This document shows, piece after piece, positions 39,737 through 49,022 of a stretch of DNA of 58,206 bases. The stretch comes from a virus. Its lineage: Duplodnaviria; Caudoviricetes. Positions within the stretch are counted from its first letter, which is position 1, and every line of letters starts with the position of its first letter. The DNA lies in the IMG/VR virus record IMGVR_UViG_3300017744_005100, positions 1 through 58,206 of that record; one strand, 5' to 3'. The notes under the pieces are model-generated. The model was not told the origin of the DNA. It was given only the letters and a program-made list of their open reading frames with translations, and did no database searches. The position numbers were made by a program, and so were the translations under genes.

Positions 39737-40440
39737 TCGTCGTTCTCCATATTTAAGCTAACATCTTGTGGTATTGGAAAATCTAAATCTTCTATTTTAA
39801 TCTTTTTAACATGCGGGTTTCTTTCTTTTGCTATTTCATAGATGCTTCTACGGCGGGAGCCAATATGAGTAATGCCCTTTTTATTACTCTTTACTGCTTG
39901 TAGCACTTTCAAAGATATAACATCTACATAATCTTTTGTAGTCCACTGATTTGTGCAAGCTTTTTCATACGGAAAACTGTGTCCGAAAAAAGAAGTTCTG
40001 ATGATTAAATGATTGTCGTATGTCCTTACCAACAACTCTGCGGCGCCTTTTGTTTTAGCATATTTTGATAATGGATTAATACCATCATTTATACTATAAT
40101 TCCCTTTTTTACCATCAAAAACATAGTCTGTTGAGATATACACTAATTTTGTTTTTTTCTTTTTACAAGCCTTAATTACATTAATAGTGCCAATAACATT
40201 AGTTTCTATGCAGGCATCTGGACTTTTTTCTGCTAGTTTCACATCTGTAAAAGCTGCTGCATGTACAACAATTGATGGTTTTATGTCCTCTATCGTTTTT
40301 AAAACTTGGCTATAATTTAAAATATCACACTCTGTATGTGCTGGTGCATGAATATAAGGTGCTAATTTTAATAATTCTTTCCCTAATAGTCCAGACCCTC
40401 CCGTTAAAAGTATTTTATTTTGAGAGTCTGTTAAAACCAT
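39733..40440 (-). CDS. rmlD: dTDP-4-dehydrorhamnose reductase
   Basis: GGSGLLG, HAAAFTDV, YISTDYVFDG, PLSKYAKTK; follows rmlC and rmlB. Confidence 0.8.
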   Translation of the reverse strand: MVLTDSQNKILLTGGSGLLGKELLKLAPYIHAPAHTECDILNYSQVLKTIEDIKPSIVVHAAAFTDVKLAEKSPDACIETNVIGTINVIKACKKKKTKLVYISTDYVFDGKKGNYSINDGINPLSKYAKTKGAAELLVRTYDNHLIIRTSFFGHSFPYEKACTNQWTTKDYVDVISLKVLQAVKSNKKGITHIGSRRRSIYEIAKERNPHVKKIKIEDLDFPIPQDVSLNMENDE

Positions 40441-41321
40441 TTATATAAACCCTTATTTTTCTTTGGAGACCATCCCAAACTTCTCAGTTTTTGATTGTCA
40501 ACGGCATATCTTAGATCTTGACCCCAGCGATTTTCTACAAACTTTATCATTTCTTCATTTGAATCAAACCATGACAAAATTGTTTTAGCAACCTCTATAT
40601 TTTGCATATAATTTTGAGAAGAAATGTTGTAAATTTCATTTATGTTTTCGCTCTCTATGATCTTAAAAATACCATCAACATTATCTTTAACATATAACCA
40701 ATCACGAACATAGGTACCATCTCCATGCAAAGGTATTTTTTTGTTTCTTTTAATTCTAGAAATGCATTTGGGGATTAATTTTTCTTCAAATTGTCGAGGA
40801 CCATAATTGTTACTACTTCTAGTAATAACATAATTTATTCCATAAGTTCTGCTATATGCCAGAACTAACATTTCTGCTGCCGCTTTTGTAGCAGAATATG
40901 GATTGCTTGGATTTAATATGTCGCTCTCTTTAAATTCTCCCTGTAGAATATCTCCATACACTTCGTCAGTACTAATATGAAAAAACAAAGGTCTTTCATA
41001 AGAGGCTTTTCCTCTGACTAGTTCTAACAAATTGTGTACACCATCTATATTGCTCTTTATAAAGGGCATTGTATCATTAATTGAATTATCAACATGACTT
41101 TCAGCAGCAAAATTTATTAAAAGTTCACAGTTTGGAAGATGTGTTATCTCGCTTATATCTGCCTTTATAAAAGAATAGTTTGGATGTTTATCCCACGGTA
41201 AGTTCTTATTTGAGGCATATCCCATTTTATCTATATCAATTATTTCGTGCTCTTTATTTAAAGCCTCTTCTACAAAATGGCTCCCGATAAATCCTCTTCC
41301 GCCAGTAACAACAATTTTCAT
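40431..41321 (-). CDS. rmlB: dTDP-glucose 4,6-dehydratase
   Basis: GGRGFIGS, FAAESHVDNSI, HISTDEVYG, PSNPYSATKA, NNYGPRQFEEKLIP, RDWLYV. Confidence 0.92.
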   Translation of the reverse strand: MKIVVTGGRGFIGSHFVEEALNKEHEIIDIDKMGYASNKNLPWDKHPNYSFIKADISEITHLPNCELLINFAAESHVDNSINDTMPFIKSNIDGVHNLLELVRGKASYERPLFFHISTDEVYGDILQGEFKESDILNPSNPYSATKAAAEMLVLAYSRTYGINYVITRSSNNYGPRQFEEKLIPKCISRIKRNKKIPLHGDGTYVRDWLYVKDNVDGIFKIIESENINEIYNISSQNYMQNIEVAKTILSWFDSNEEMIKFVENRWGQDLRYAVDNQKLRSLGWSPKKNKGLYKWF

Positions 41322-41332
41322 TTTTTTCCTTT

Positions 41333-41863
41333 TTAAAATTTTGGTCTTTTCTTATATTCAGAAAAACTTTTAGAGTTTAAATCTTTTTTTGATAAAACTC
41401 TTTTATGTTTAGGAGTTAACCATGGTATTGACAACTCTTTATCAAAGGGGTTAATTCCACTCTCACCTTTTGAATTATAAAAACTTGTACATTTATATAA
41501 AACGATGTTTTCGTCTCCTAGACTTTCAAATCCATGGGCAAAGCCGGGTGGTAACCACAAAATCTTTTTATTAGCATCGGAAAGCAAAATAGATCCCCAC
41601 TTACCATAAGTTGCAGAATCTTTTCTTATATCAACATAGTAGTCTATGATTGAACCGGTTACCACTCTTATTAGCTTTCCCATAGGCTTATCCCATTGAT
41701 AGTGAAGTCCTCGTATGACATGCCTTTTGGAGTACGAATGATTATCTTGGTAAAAATCTTCTTTTAAATCTTCATATATTTTCTTACTAAATGGCTCAAA
41801 AAAGCACCCTCTCTGGTCCTCGTGAACAATCGGCTCAAAAATTTTTACCCCTTCTAATATCAT
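41333..41863 (-). CDS. rmlC: dTDP-4-dehydrorhamnose 3,5-epimerase
   Basis: DQRGCFFE, QDNHSYS, RGLHYQ, VDIRKDSATYGKW, PPGFAHGF. Confidence 0.92.
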   Translation of the reverse strand: MILEGVKIFEPIVHEDQRGCFFEPFSKKIYEDLKEDFYQDNHSYSKRHVIRGLHYQWDKPMGKLIRVVTGSIIDYYVDIRKDSATYGKWGSILLSDANKKILWLPPGFAHGFESLGDENIVLYKCTSFYNSKGESGINPFDKELSIPWLTPKHKRVLSKKDLNSKSFSEYKKRPKF

Positions 41864-41901
41864 TCTAATTTTACAACTTTACTAATTTTTGGTTATAAGT
41901 A

Positions 41902-42792
41902 TTATATAACTTTTTTTATCAGTTGTTCATACCTTGCTTTGTTTTTTATTAAATATTCTGGGTATGTTTTATCCATATCGACAACTGTTAACGACCCTCT
42001 AAAAAACGGATCTACATTGTTCTCTATGTTTTTTTCCACAGACTCAAACACTCTCTTATCAACTAAATCAACTGCTGAATAAGATGTTATTTTCTTTTTT
42101 ACACGGTCGGCACCGCCCAAAAAACTAAAATGCCAGCCACCATTTTTAATAGTAAAATTCTCTTGTGCACGCAACTGATTGTAGGAGAAGTTTTTTAAAT
42201 TTTTGTATGCCCCCATTCGTGAGCCACCCCAGTTGTTTTCTTTTAACACATTAAGATAGTAACAATAAAATTTCTGATTAAAGGTAAAAAATTTATCTGC
42301 ATGCCCAGTGTCATAAATACGATGCAATTGTTCTAAAATTTTTGGATTTGGAATTTCATCAGCATCTGAAAATATAATCACATCATCATCTTCGCAATTA
42401 ATTAAGCCTCTTCTAACACACTCTTTTTGAAAAAAATCTCTACCATAATCTTGCTGTGTGTGAACATTAAACCTTTCTGTTTGAGTGTTTATAAAATTAT
42501 ATATCTTATTTAGTTCACACTCATCATAGGTTTTTGGATGTTCTATTATAGGCAAATTTACAAAATCACTCGGTGTGTCCTCTATTTTTAGATGTATTAT
42601 TTTATGAAGAAACTTACTAAACATGTGTTTATTTTCATCAAAATAATATGGTTTTGGTTTGCCAGTATGAGTGACATTTGCCTCCGAAATAACAAAAAAA
42701 TCTACATAGTCATCCAATATGTTTAAACGGAGTTCTAGTAATTCTAATTCATTAAAAAAACAAAAACAATCGTATACTTTTCTTTTTCTCAT
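41902..42792 (-). CDS. GT17-like glycosyltransferase (beta-1,4-GlcNAc transferase family)
   Basis: YDCFCFFNELELLELRL, VDFFVISEA..THTGKPK, FSDADEIP, GGWHFSFLG. Confidence 0.8.
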   Translation of the reverse strand: MRKRKVYDCFCFFNELELLELRLNILDDYVDFFVISEANVTHTGKPKPYYFDENKHMFSKFLHKIIHLKIEDTPSDFVNLPIIEHPKTYDECELNKIYNFINTQTERFNVHTQQDYGRDFFQKECVRRGLINCEDDDVIIFSDADEIPNPKILEQLHRIYDTGHADKFFTFNQKFYCYYLNVLKENNWGGSRMGAYKNLKNFSYNQLRAQENFTIKNGGWHFSFLGGADRVKKKITSYSAVDLVDKRVFESVEKNIENNVDPFFRGSLTVVDMDKTYPEYLIKNKARYEQLIKKVI

Positions 42793-42800
42793 TTTAAATT

Positions 42801-43718
42801 TTATTCACTCCCATACATGGCATAAATGTGGGAATTGTCTTTTTCATATTGTTGTTTTTCACTTAAGCAATCATCATAACTGAACATGTCACCATTTCTG
42901 TCCAAATATTCCCACCCCTTTGTTAGAGAGTCTCCTTGTGCCCAAAATCCATCTGATACATTATGTCTTGCCCAAAATTTAGGTGCAATAACATTTTTTA
43001 CACCGTCATTTATCCATGTTGCAATCCATGCAAAACTAGAATTAGACATTATGATGTTTTGAGCATTTCTTATCAATATCCAGTCGGCTTGTGTATTATA
43101 ATGATATACATCTAGATTTGGAAAAAACATTTTAGCGGTTCTAGGATCATCTGTTACAACCTTAAACACCATATTTGGATTCCGGCTTTTCATAATGTTC
43201 ATTGCATTGTACCAGTATGATGGCGGTAGAAAAAGTTCATTAACTCCTACATACTCTCCACCACGAAACCCTAATATACAGATATCTGGACTTGAAAGAC
43301 CATAATATTGTTTGTCTTCCTTTATTTTAAACCATTTTCTTACATCATCTTTGTAGCCCTCTAAATATTTTTCGGACTCCATATTTCCGTCTATTTTAGT
43401 GTTATCAAGGATATTAACAAGACCTGGATCATAGAGTCTACAATCACATTGATAAACTGGGTGGATTAATGATTTTTCTTCATAATACTTTTCGATACCC
43501 TCTGGCAGTGTGATTGGCGGTCCACCTTCAGGTCCATCACCACCAACAACCTCGTTACCAAAATCTAAATTAAAAATTTTAGATGCTTTAAACTTATGCG
43601 GATTCATTATTCCAAAATCATATCCATTTTTTAAAGCAATAACTCTCGTTACTGTATATCTCCACAATTGGTTCCCAAGACCAGATCCATTGTACAATTC
43701 ATTAACTATCATTTGCAC
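42801..43718 (-). CDS. GT11-like glycosyltransferase
   Basis: GSGLGNQLW, ESEKY, FRGGEY, VVTDD, IMSNSSFAWIATW. Confidence 0.75.
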   Translation of the reverse strand: MQMIVNELYNGSGLGNQLWRYTVTRVIALKNGYDFGIMNPHKFKASKIFNLDFGNEVVGGDGPEGGPPITLPEGIEKYYEEKSLIHPVYQCDCRLYDPGLVNILDNTKIDGNMESEKYLEGYKDDVRKWFKIKEDKQYYGLSSPDICILGFRGGEYVGVNELFLPPSYWYNAMNIMKSRNPNMVFKVVTDDPRTAKMFFPNLDVYHYNTQADWILIRNAQNIIMSNSSFAWIATWINDGVKNVIAPKFWARHNVSDGFWAQGDSLTKGWEYLDRNGDMFSYDDCLSEKQQYEKDNSHIYAMYGSE

Positions 43719-44524
43719 CTCTCTAGAAGGTTATAATCCTTCATCTCTTGTAATTGCTCTTTAATCGTTTTATCTGTTTTTGTTTTTACAAAATTAGAAA
43801 ACAAATCTCTATACACATGGTGTTCTGTATTGTGTTCATTTATTTGTAATTGTAAATTATAAACATCACTTATTTGTTGCAACAATTCATTTTTTGAAAC
43901 AGTATTTTTTGAAAAAAAATGTTTTACACCCTGCCAATAATCATTTTGTAAATTAATTGTTTTTATTACTTTTGCTAATTCTAGGCAGGTCACACCGTTC
44001 CATAAGTGATTTATATATCCATGTACAGATGTTGCTTTTTTTGATTTTGCCCACTCAAGTAATGAGACCTTGTTAAACAATTCCTCACCAATAATTGAAG
44101 TACGAATGATTGTTAAATTAGGATTCTCTCCCAAAGACTTTGTTTTGCCATAGTCATCTAAGCAATCATGTAGGTCATTCTCAGTATATTGTCCTTTATG
44201 CCCACTAAAAACACAATCAGTTGTTATATGAATCACATTACACTGTTTTTTATTTTTAAAATCAGCTAATATATTTGGGAACAAGCTATTAACTTTTATC
44301 ATTTCGAATAAACTAACATCTCTTTGTTTTATAACACCAGCAGCATTAATTATTAAATCTTCTTCTTTTACATGTTTGTTTAAAAAATTTATTATTTCTT
44401 CTTTAGATGATAATGAAATATCCAAGTCTCTTCTTGTGAATTCCACAACCTTATGAGTTTGACCCAAGTAAGAGCTAATGTAGGAGCCAAGCATACCATT
44501 TGATCCAAATAATATTATCTTCAC
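43709..44524 (-). CDS. RmlD-like NDP-4-keto-6-deoxy-sugar reductase
   Basis: GSNGMLG, INAAG, IHITTDCVFSG, DDYGKTKSLGE, IRTSIIG; coupled to the PseB-like dehydratase. Confidence 0.78.
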   Translation of the reverse strand: MKIILFGSNGMLGSYISSYLGQTHKVVEFTRRDLDISLSSKEEIINFLNKHVKEEDLIINAAGVIKQRDVSLFEMIKVNSLFPNILADFKNKKQCNVIHITTDCVFSGHKGQYTENDLHDCLDDYGKTKSLGENPNLTIIRTSIIGEELFNKVSLLEWAKSKKATSVHGYINHLWNGVTCLELAKVIKTINLQNDYWQGVKHFFSKNTVSKNELLQQISDVYNLQLQINEHNTEHHVYRDLFSNFVKTKTDKTIKEQLQEMKDYNLLERCK

Positions 44525-45456
44525 AACTCCTCCTTAAAATAATTGTTTGTTTGCAAGTATTGTTGTAGTTCTTCCATTGTTAAACAGCAGGTGTTTGACG
44601 AATATTCACCACTAGAAAAAGTTACTGTTCTGAATGTCTTTTGAGGGTGCAAAAGATATATTTCTTCATCTTTAATTTCTTCCATTCTGGGTACCTCTTC
44701 CGAAGAAGCCATTATTTCATGGATCTTTTCACCTGTGCGGGGCTCAGTTACTTCATACTTTAAACCAAACTCTTTTCTGTATATTTCAAACAAGTCATGG
44801 ATTTTAAATGATTTAGCCTTTGGTATGATATTGCAGTGACTGTATTTCATAGATTTCAAGACTAGATCTACGGCATGGTCAGCAGAAATTAAAAATCTAG
44901 TCATTTCTGTTCCATAAAGTTGTAACTTTCCATCACTTCTTATTGTTTTCCATATTAATGGTATAATAGAACCAGTTGATGCTGTTACATTGCCATAAAT
45001 TAAAGAGGTTAGATTGCAATTAGACTTTCCGCTAATAAACCCTTCTCCAGCAACAAACTTCATTGCACCGTAAATTGTTGTGGCTCCCCTGCTTTTGTCT
45101 GTTGAAATAAAGCAAGCCGCCTTAAAATTGTTTTCTTCTGCGGCTAGCCGTGAATTAAAAGCACCATCTATAATTATTTTAGATGCCTCTTCATAGTTGT
45201 CATTACATGCTTCTATTTGTTTTAATGATGCTGCAAAAATACCAATGGTGTGACCTTTAGCCTTTCTAATTAAAAAGTCTCTATTTCTAATATCCCCAAT
45301 AATGAAATTAACTTTTGGAAACTGTTTTTTCATATAATAATGTTTTGATTCATCACGAGAATAAACAGTTATTTCATTGTGTTCATACAATCTTTTTACT
45401 AAATTCTTACCTAAAAATCCAGCGCCGCCAGTTATAAATATTTTTTCGCCCTTCAT
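44521..45456 (-). CDS. UDP-GlcNAc 4,6-dehydratase (PseB/FlaA1/CapD family)
   Basis: GGAGFLG, YSRDE.K, GDIRN, FISTDK, YGAMK, YGNV..STGSIIP, MTRF, GEKIHE. Confidence 0.82.
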   Translation of the reverse strand: MKGEKIFITGGAGFLGKNLVKRLYEHNEITVYSRDESKHYYMKKQFPKVNFIIGDIRNRDFLIRKAKGHTIGIFAASLKQIEACNDNYEEASKIIIDGAFNSRLAAEENNFKAACFISTDKSRGATTIYGAMKFVAGEGFISGKSNCNLTSLIYGNVTASTGSIIPLIWKTIRSDGKLQLYGTEMTRFLISADHAVDLVLKSMKYSHCNIIPKAKSFKIHDLFEIYRKEFGLKYEVTEPRTGEKIHEIMASSEEVPRMEEIKDEEIYLLHPQKTFRTVTFSSGEYSSNTCCLTMEELQQYLQTNNYFKEEL

Positions 45457-45465
45457 ATAATTAAC

Positions 45466-46197
45466 CTATTTGTATTTTTCTGTAACTTCCCAGTCACATG
45501 TGAACATTGTATACAAGGCTCTTTCTAACAAGTGAGCCTCTGCTGGGGCAGTGCCAGTTCGATTCCAGCTAATGTACTCCATCATTTTCCTATAAAATTT
45601 CTTACTATATCTTAAAAGTCTATCTTTTGGAATGATATAGTTTCCACCGGGGGAAAAACGAACATATTGGTTTATGTCTGGATTGACATAAACATCTTTA
45701 AAAAAATCATTTAAATTTGAAAAATGTCTCCAAGGTGCATGGTGCATGTACCAGCTATTATTGATTTCTAAAAATCCCCCGTCATGGTCCATCTTACTAG
45801 CTGGTATTGGAGATCCAGCATAAGGGGCATGTGCTTCTATTCCAAAGTCGTGTATTTCTGTAAAAAAATTATTGTTAATAATTTTTAAAAAATGTTGTTC
45901 ACTGCAATTTCCACTAGATAAAGGTTTTTCTCTTCCCTTTGGGAACATTAGACATGCTCTACAAAATGCTGTTACATCTGGTAGATTATTATAATTTTTA
46001 TATGCAAAATAAAAAATATCAAAAATGTTTTGTCCAACATTTATCTGATGTTTTACTTTCTCTGTTTCCTCAAAGCGGTGTGCTCTGTCGTATATGAGAT
46101 AATTGTCTGATAATTTATGCACCCAAGATTCTTCTAAATCTTTTGGAAGCCAATTATAATCACTTACAACTAAAAAATTTGTTTTAACATGCTTCAT
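45466..46197 (-). CDS. DUF3431-like protein, putative glycosyltransferase
   Basis: NVG...YNNLPD...FSPGGNYIIPK...YSKKFY...AHLLER pattern; lies inside the glycan cluster. Confidence 0.55.
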   Translation of the reverse strand: MKHVKTNFLVVSDYNWLPKDLEESWVHKLSDNYLIYDRAHRFEETEKVKHQINVGQNIFDIFYFAYKNYNNLPDVTAFCRACLMFPKGREKPLSSGNCSEQHFLKIINNNFFTEIHDFGIEAHAPYAGSPIPASKMDHDGGFLEINNSWYMHHAPWRHFSNLNDFFKDVYVNPDINQYVRFSPGGNYIIPKDRLLRYSKKFYRKMMEYISWNRTGTAPAEAHLLERALYTMFTCDWEVTEKYK

Positions 46198-46923
46198 CTA
46201 CTTTATAATCCCATAATCATTAAAATTAAATCTTTTTGGATAAGTGCCCGGTAGATAGCGATGAAAACCAAATGGTTTTTTGACAGCCTCTGTTTCTGGG
46301 CATGGTTCTTCATGTGAAAATCTTGCTGCCAACTCTACTGGGGCAAATTTGCAGCCATGTTTTTCAAATAAGTGCTTATTGTGTACACATATGTTACCGT
46401 CTTCGTTATAAGCACCGGCATTCATGTGCTTATAAAAATTTCCCTGGTTGACTTCAAATGGAATATTTTCAATAGAAGGGACATTAAGGAGCTTTTTACT
46501 TCTTAATGTAAAGCCTCCGTTGCCGACCCTCTGGTGATTACCATATGGATCAATAAAAGCATTATCACTTATCTGCCATGGTGCCCCAATATAATCCCAC
46601 TCCAAAAACTCATCAGTCCATGAATCTGCATTTATTACAAAACCATCAGGGTGAATCATAAGCATATAATCAGTGTCTACATGCTCAACTAGTTTGTAGA
46701 TACAGTAATAACTAAATTCTTTATATGTTATGTTTTCAAAGCCTTTAAATTTTTCAAAAACAATACCTTTGGGCATTTTTTTTGGTTCTTTATGAGAAAT
46801 AAACTTTACAGCACCAAAATCAATATGTTTCATACTAACTTGTAATGCTGCTAAGTTTTCTTGAATTTGGGTTGATCCAAGAGCCAACATAGTTACATTC
46901 TGTAATTGTATCTTACTTTTCAT
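46198..46923 (-). CDS. DUF5672-like protein, putative glycosyltransferase
   Basis: HPDGFV, WDYIGAPW, VGNGGFTLRSKK, NEDG, ARFSHE, PFGFH. Confidence 0.7.
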   Translation of the reverse strand: MKSKIQLQNVTMLALGSTQIQENLAALQVSMKHIDFGAVKFISHKEPKKMPKGIVFEKFKGFENITYKEFSYYCIYKLVEHVDTDYMLMIHPDGFVINADSWTDEFLEWDYIGAPWQISDNAFIDPYGNHQRVGNGGFTLRSKKLLNVPSIENIPFEVNQGNFYKHMNAGAYNEDGNICVHNKHLFEKHGCKFAPVELAARFSHEEPCPETEAVKKPFGFHRYLPGTYPKRFNFNDYGIIK

Positions 46924-47602
46924 GCTTTCCTATCGACATGCTTATTTCTTTAGCCTTCCTTTTAGGTGGTATTAAATGTGTCATTTGTTTATCCCATAAT
47001 CTTATTGCAACCGTTTTTTCATTTAAGATTTTAGGTGGACCAAAATTATCATGTAACCTTTTATAGTAATCAATATCAACTGCCCAAATCATTTTTTCAT
47101 CAAACATTAGTAAACTATCATCGTTTCTTACTGATAATACACTCGGGTTACCTATTGTATTATTGCCAGTATAAATTTTTTCGTTATAAACTGGTGTCTC
47201 CTCATTAAAGAAATTTTGTCCATCATGAGTGTGTGCATAGGATGTGACTAACCATTTTGTTTCATCATCAAAGGAGTCTTCAATTTTTTGTAAACTGTTA
47301 TCATCCCATAAAAAATCATCTTGATATAAAATTTTAATTATTTTTCCAGTGCAACGTTGCATTGCCTTGTTTGTGTTAAAAGTAAAATTACCTCTTTTTT
47401 CTCTATTTCTTTCATATTTTACTGTGAAATTATCTGTTTTATAATTTTTGCAAAAATCTTCTATTGCATCAGTTTTACTGTGATCCGAAATAACCACCTC
47501 AAAATTTTTATAAGTTTGAGTTTCAAATTTTTCAAAATGATGACTTAAAAACTCAACCCCTCTTCCAAAGGACTCATACACTGGCATTGCTATTGATATC
47601 AT
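46913..47602 (-). CDS. GT2 family glycosyltransferase
   Basis: ISIAMPVY, EVVISDHS, ILYQDDF, IGNPS. Confidence 0.82.
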   Translation of the reverse strand: MISIAMPVYESFGRGVEFLSHHFEKFETQTYKNFEVVISDHSKTDAIEDFCKNYKTDNFTVKYERNREKRGNFTFNTNKAMQRCTGKIIKILYQDDFLWDDNSLQKIEDSFDDETKWLVTSYAHTHDGQNFFNEETPVYNEKIYTGNNTIGNPSVLSVRNDDSLLMFDEKMIWAVDIDYYKRLHDNFGPPKILNEKTVAIRLWDKQMTHLIPPKRKAKEISMSIGKHEK

Positions 47603-48942
47603 GTTTCCCGCCTGTTATCAAAAAACAACTTAACACAACTGCGGATGTAGTCAATTTGTTCTTCTGTTATTGTTGGTGCTGTACCTAGAAAAAATGTATC
47701 AGATGTAATTTTTCTTGCAGTTGGAAAATCTCTGATGATTTGTTGGGGATCAGCCAAGTGTGTATAGGCTGGTTGCAACATTACATTTCCACCAAAATAA
47801 GTTCTAGTTTGTATTTTCCTGTATTCTAAAAATTTAGTAAACTCAATACGACTAACCCAGGATGTATCCTTTACAGTTAAAGGAAAAGCAAACCAATTTG
47901 GATCTGAGTGTTCAGTGGCGGTAGGAATATGAAAGTGTTCTTCATACTCTAAGAAAATATCTCGTAAAAGATTAAAGTTTCTTTGCCTTTTGCTTTTGAT
48001 TTCTTTAATTTTCCCTATTTGTGTTAGACCAAGAGCCGCTTGTATTTCTATTGGTTTTAGATTATACCCTATTTCTTCATACACATATTTATGATCAAAT
48101 ATTTGGTTTGGTAAGGATGGTAACCAGTTTGAAAACCTCTTTCCACATGCTCCACAAGCAGATACACTTGCTTTTTCACCTACACAGTAACACCCTCGAC
48201 CCCAATCACGGAAGCTTCTAATTGTTCTCTCTTGCTCTAATGTGTTACATGCAATAAACCCACCTTCGCCCATTGTAATGTGGTGTGCAGGATAAAATGA
48301 ACAACTTGCAAAATCACCAAAACTACCTAAAGGCTTTCCTTTATAAGTCGAATCTAAGGCATCACAACAATCCTCCAACATTATCAAGTCATATTGTTTA
48401 ACCAAGTCCATTAGTCTATCCATGTTTGGTGGATTACCTAAAACATGAGCAAAAGTTATCGCTTTAATGTCTGGATCTTTTTTTAAAACATCCTCAACCA
48501 TGTTTAGATCTAAATTTAAAGTCTTCAACTCAATATCGACAAAGACTGGTTCAAATCCAACTTGAAAAATTGGATTAATTGTCGTGGGGAAGCCTGCAAT
48601 CGGAGTTAGTACTTTTGTGCCCTTTGGCAAGTTATACAAGTTTTTTGAAGTCAGCGGCAGCATCATTAACAAGTTGGCACTAGACCCGCTGTTAGTTAAA
48701 ATTCCATGATTTTTATCAAAAAACTTTTTAAACTTTCTTTCAAATTTTGTTCCTTCTTTACCTAAAACAAGCCAACCATTTAAAAGAGTGCTTATTGCAT
48801 TCTTGTACTCTTCTGAATTGTAGTATGGACCAGCATAATGGACCCAATCCTGCCCAGGTCTCCACTCTTTTTTGTTTAATTGTTTATTTTCAATGTATTT
48901 TTCTACAGCTAGTAATATTTCTTTCAAACCAGGATCATTCAT
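47599..48942 (-). CDS. rfbH: NDP-4-keto-6-deoxyhexose 3-dehydrase (RfbH/DdhC, E1)
   Basis: NSGSSANL, AHVLGNP, EDCCDALD, SFYPAHHITMGEGG (His replaces the PLP-binding Lys), Fe-S motif RDWGRGCYC...C...RF, DHKY. Confidence 0.88.
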   Translation of the reverse strand: MNDPGLKEILLAVEKYIENKQLNKKEWRPGQDWVHYAGPYYNSEEYKNAISTLLNGWLVLGKEGTKFERKFKKFFDKNHGILTNSGSSANLLMMLPLTSKNLYNLPKGTKVLTPIAGFPTTINPIFQVGFEPVFVDIELKTLNLDLNMVEDVLKKDPDIKAITFAHVLGNPPNMDRLMDLVKQYDLIMLEDCCDALDSTYKGKPLGSFGDFASCSFYPAHHITMGEGGFIACNTLEQERTIRSFRDWGRGCYCVGEKASVSACGACGKRFSNWLPSLPNQIFDHKYVYEEIGYNLKPIEIQAALGLTQIGKIKEIKSKRQRNFNLLRDIFLEYEEHFHIPTATEHSDPNWFAFPLTVKDTSWVSRIEFTKFLEYRKIQTRTYFGGNVMLQPAYTHLADPQQIIRDFPTARKITSDTFFLGTAPTITEEQIDYIRSCVKLFFDNRRET

Positions 48943-48957
48943 ATGTTTTCATTCCTC

Positions 48958-48974
48958 TAAAGTAAGTTACTTTA
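48958..48974. promoter_or_regulatory. 17-bp perfect palindrome (operator-like) between promoter and RBS of rfbH
   Basis: TAAAGTAA-G-TTACTTTA, abutting the GAGGA RBS. Confidence 0.4.
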
Positions 48975-48992
48975 TAGCCTCCCGCAAATTTT

Positions 48993-49021
48993 ACTATAAC
49001 ATATTTTGCCTTTTTGTTTAA
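48993..49021 (-). promoter_or_regulatory. Sigma70-type promoter with extended -10 upstream of rfbH
   Basis: Minus strand TTAAAC-17 nt-(TGt)TATAGT in the 80-nt intergenic gap. Confidence 0.55.
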
Positions 49022-49022
49022 C

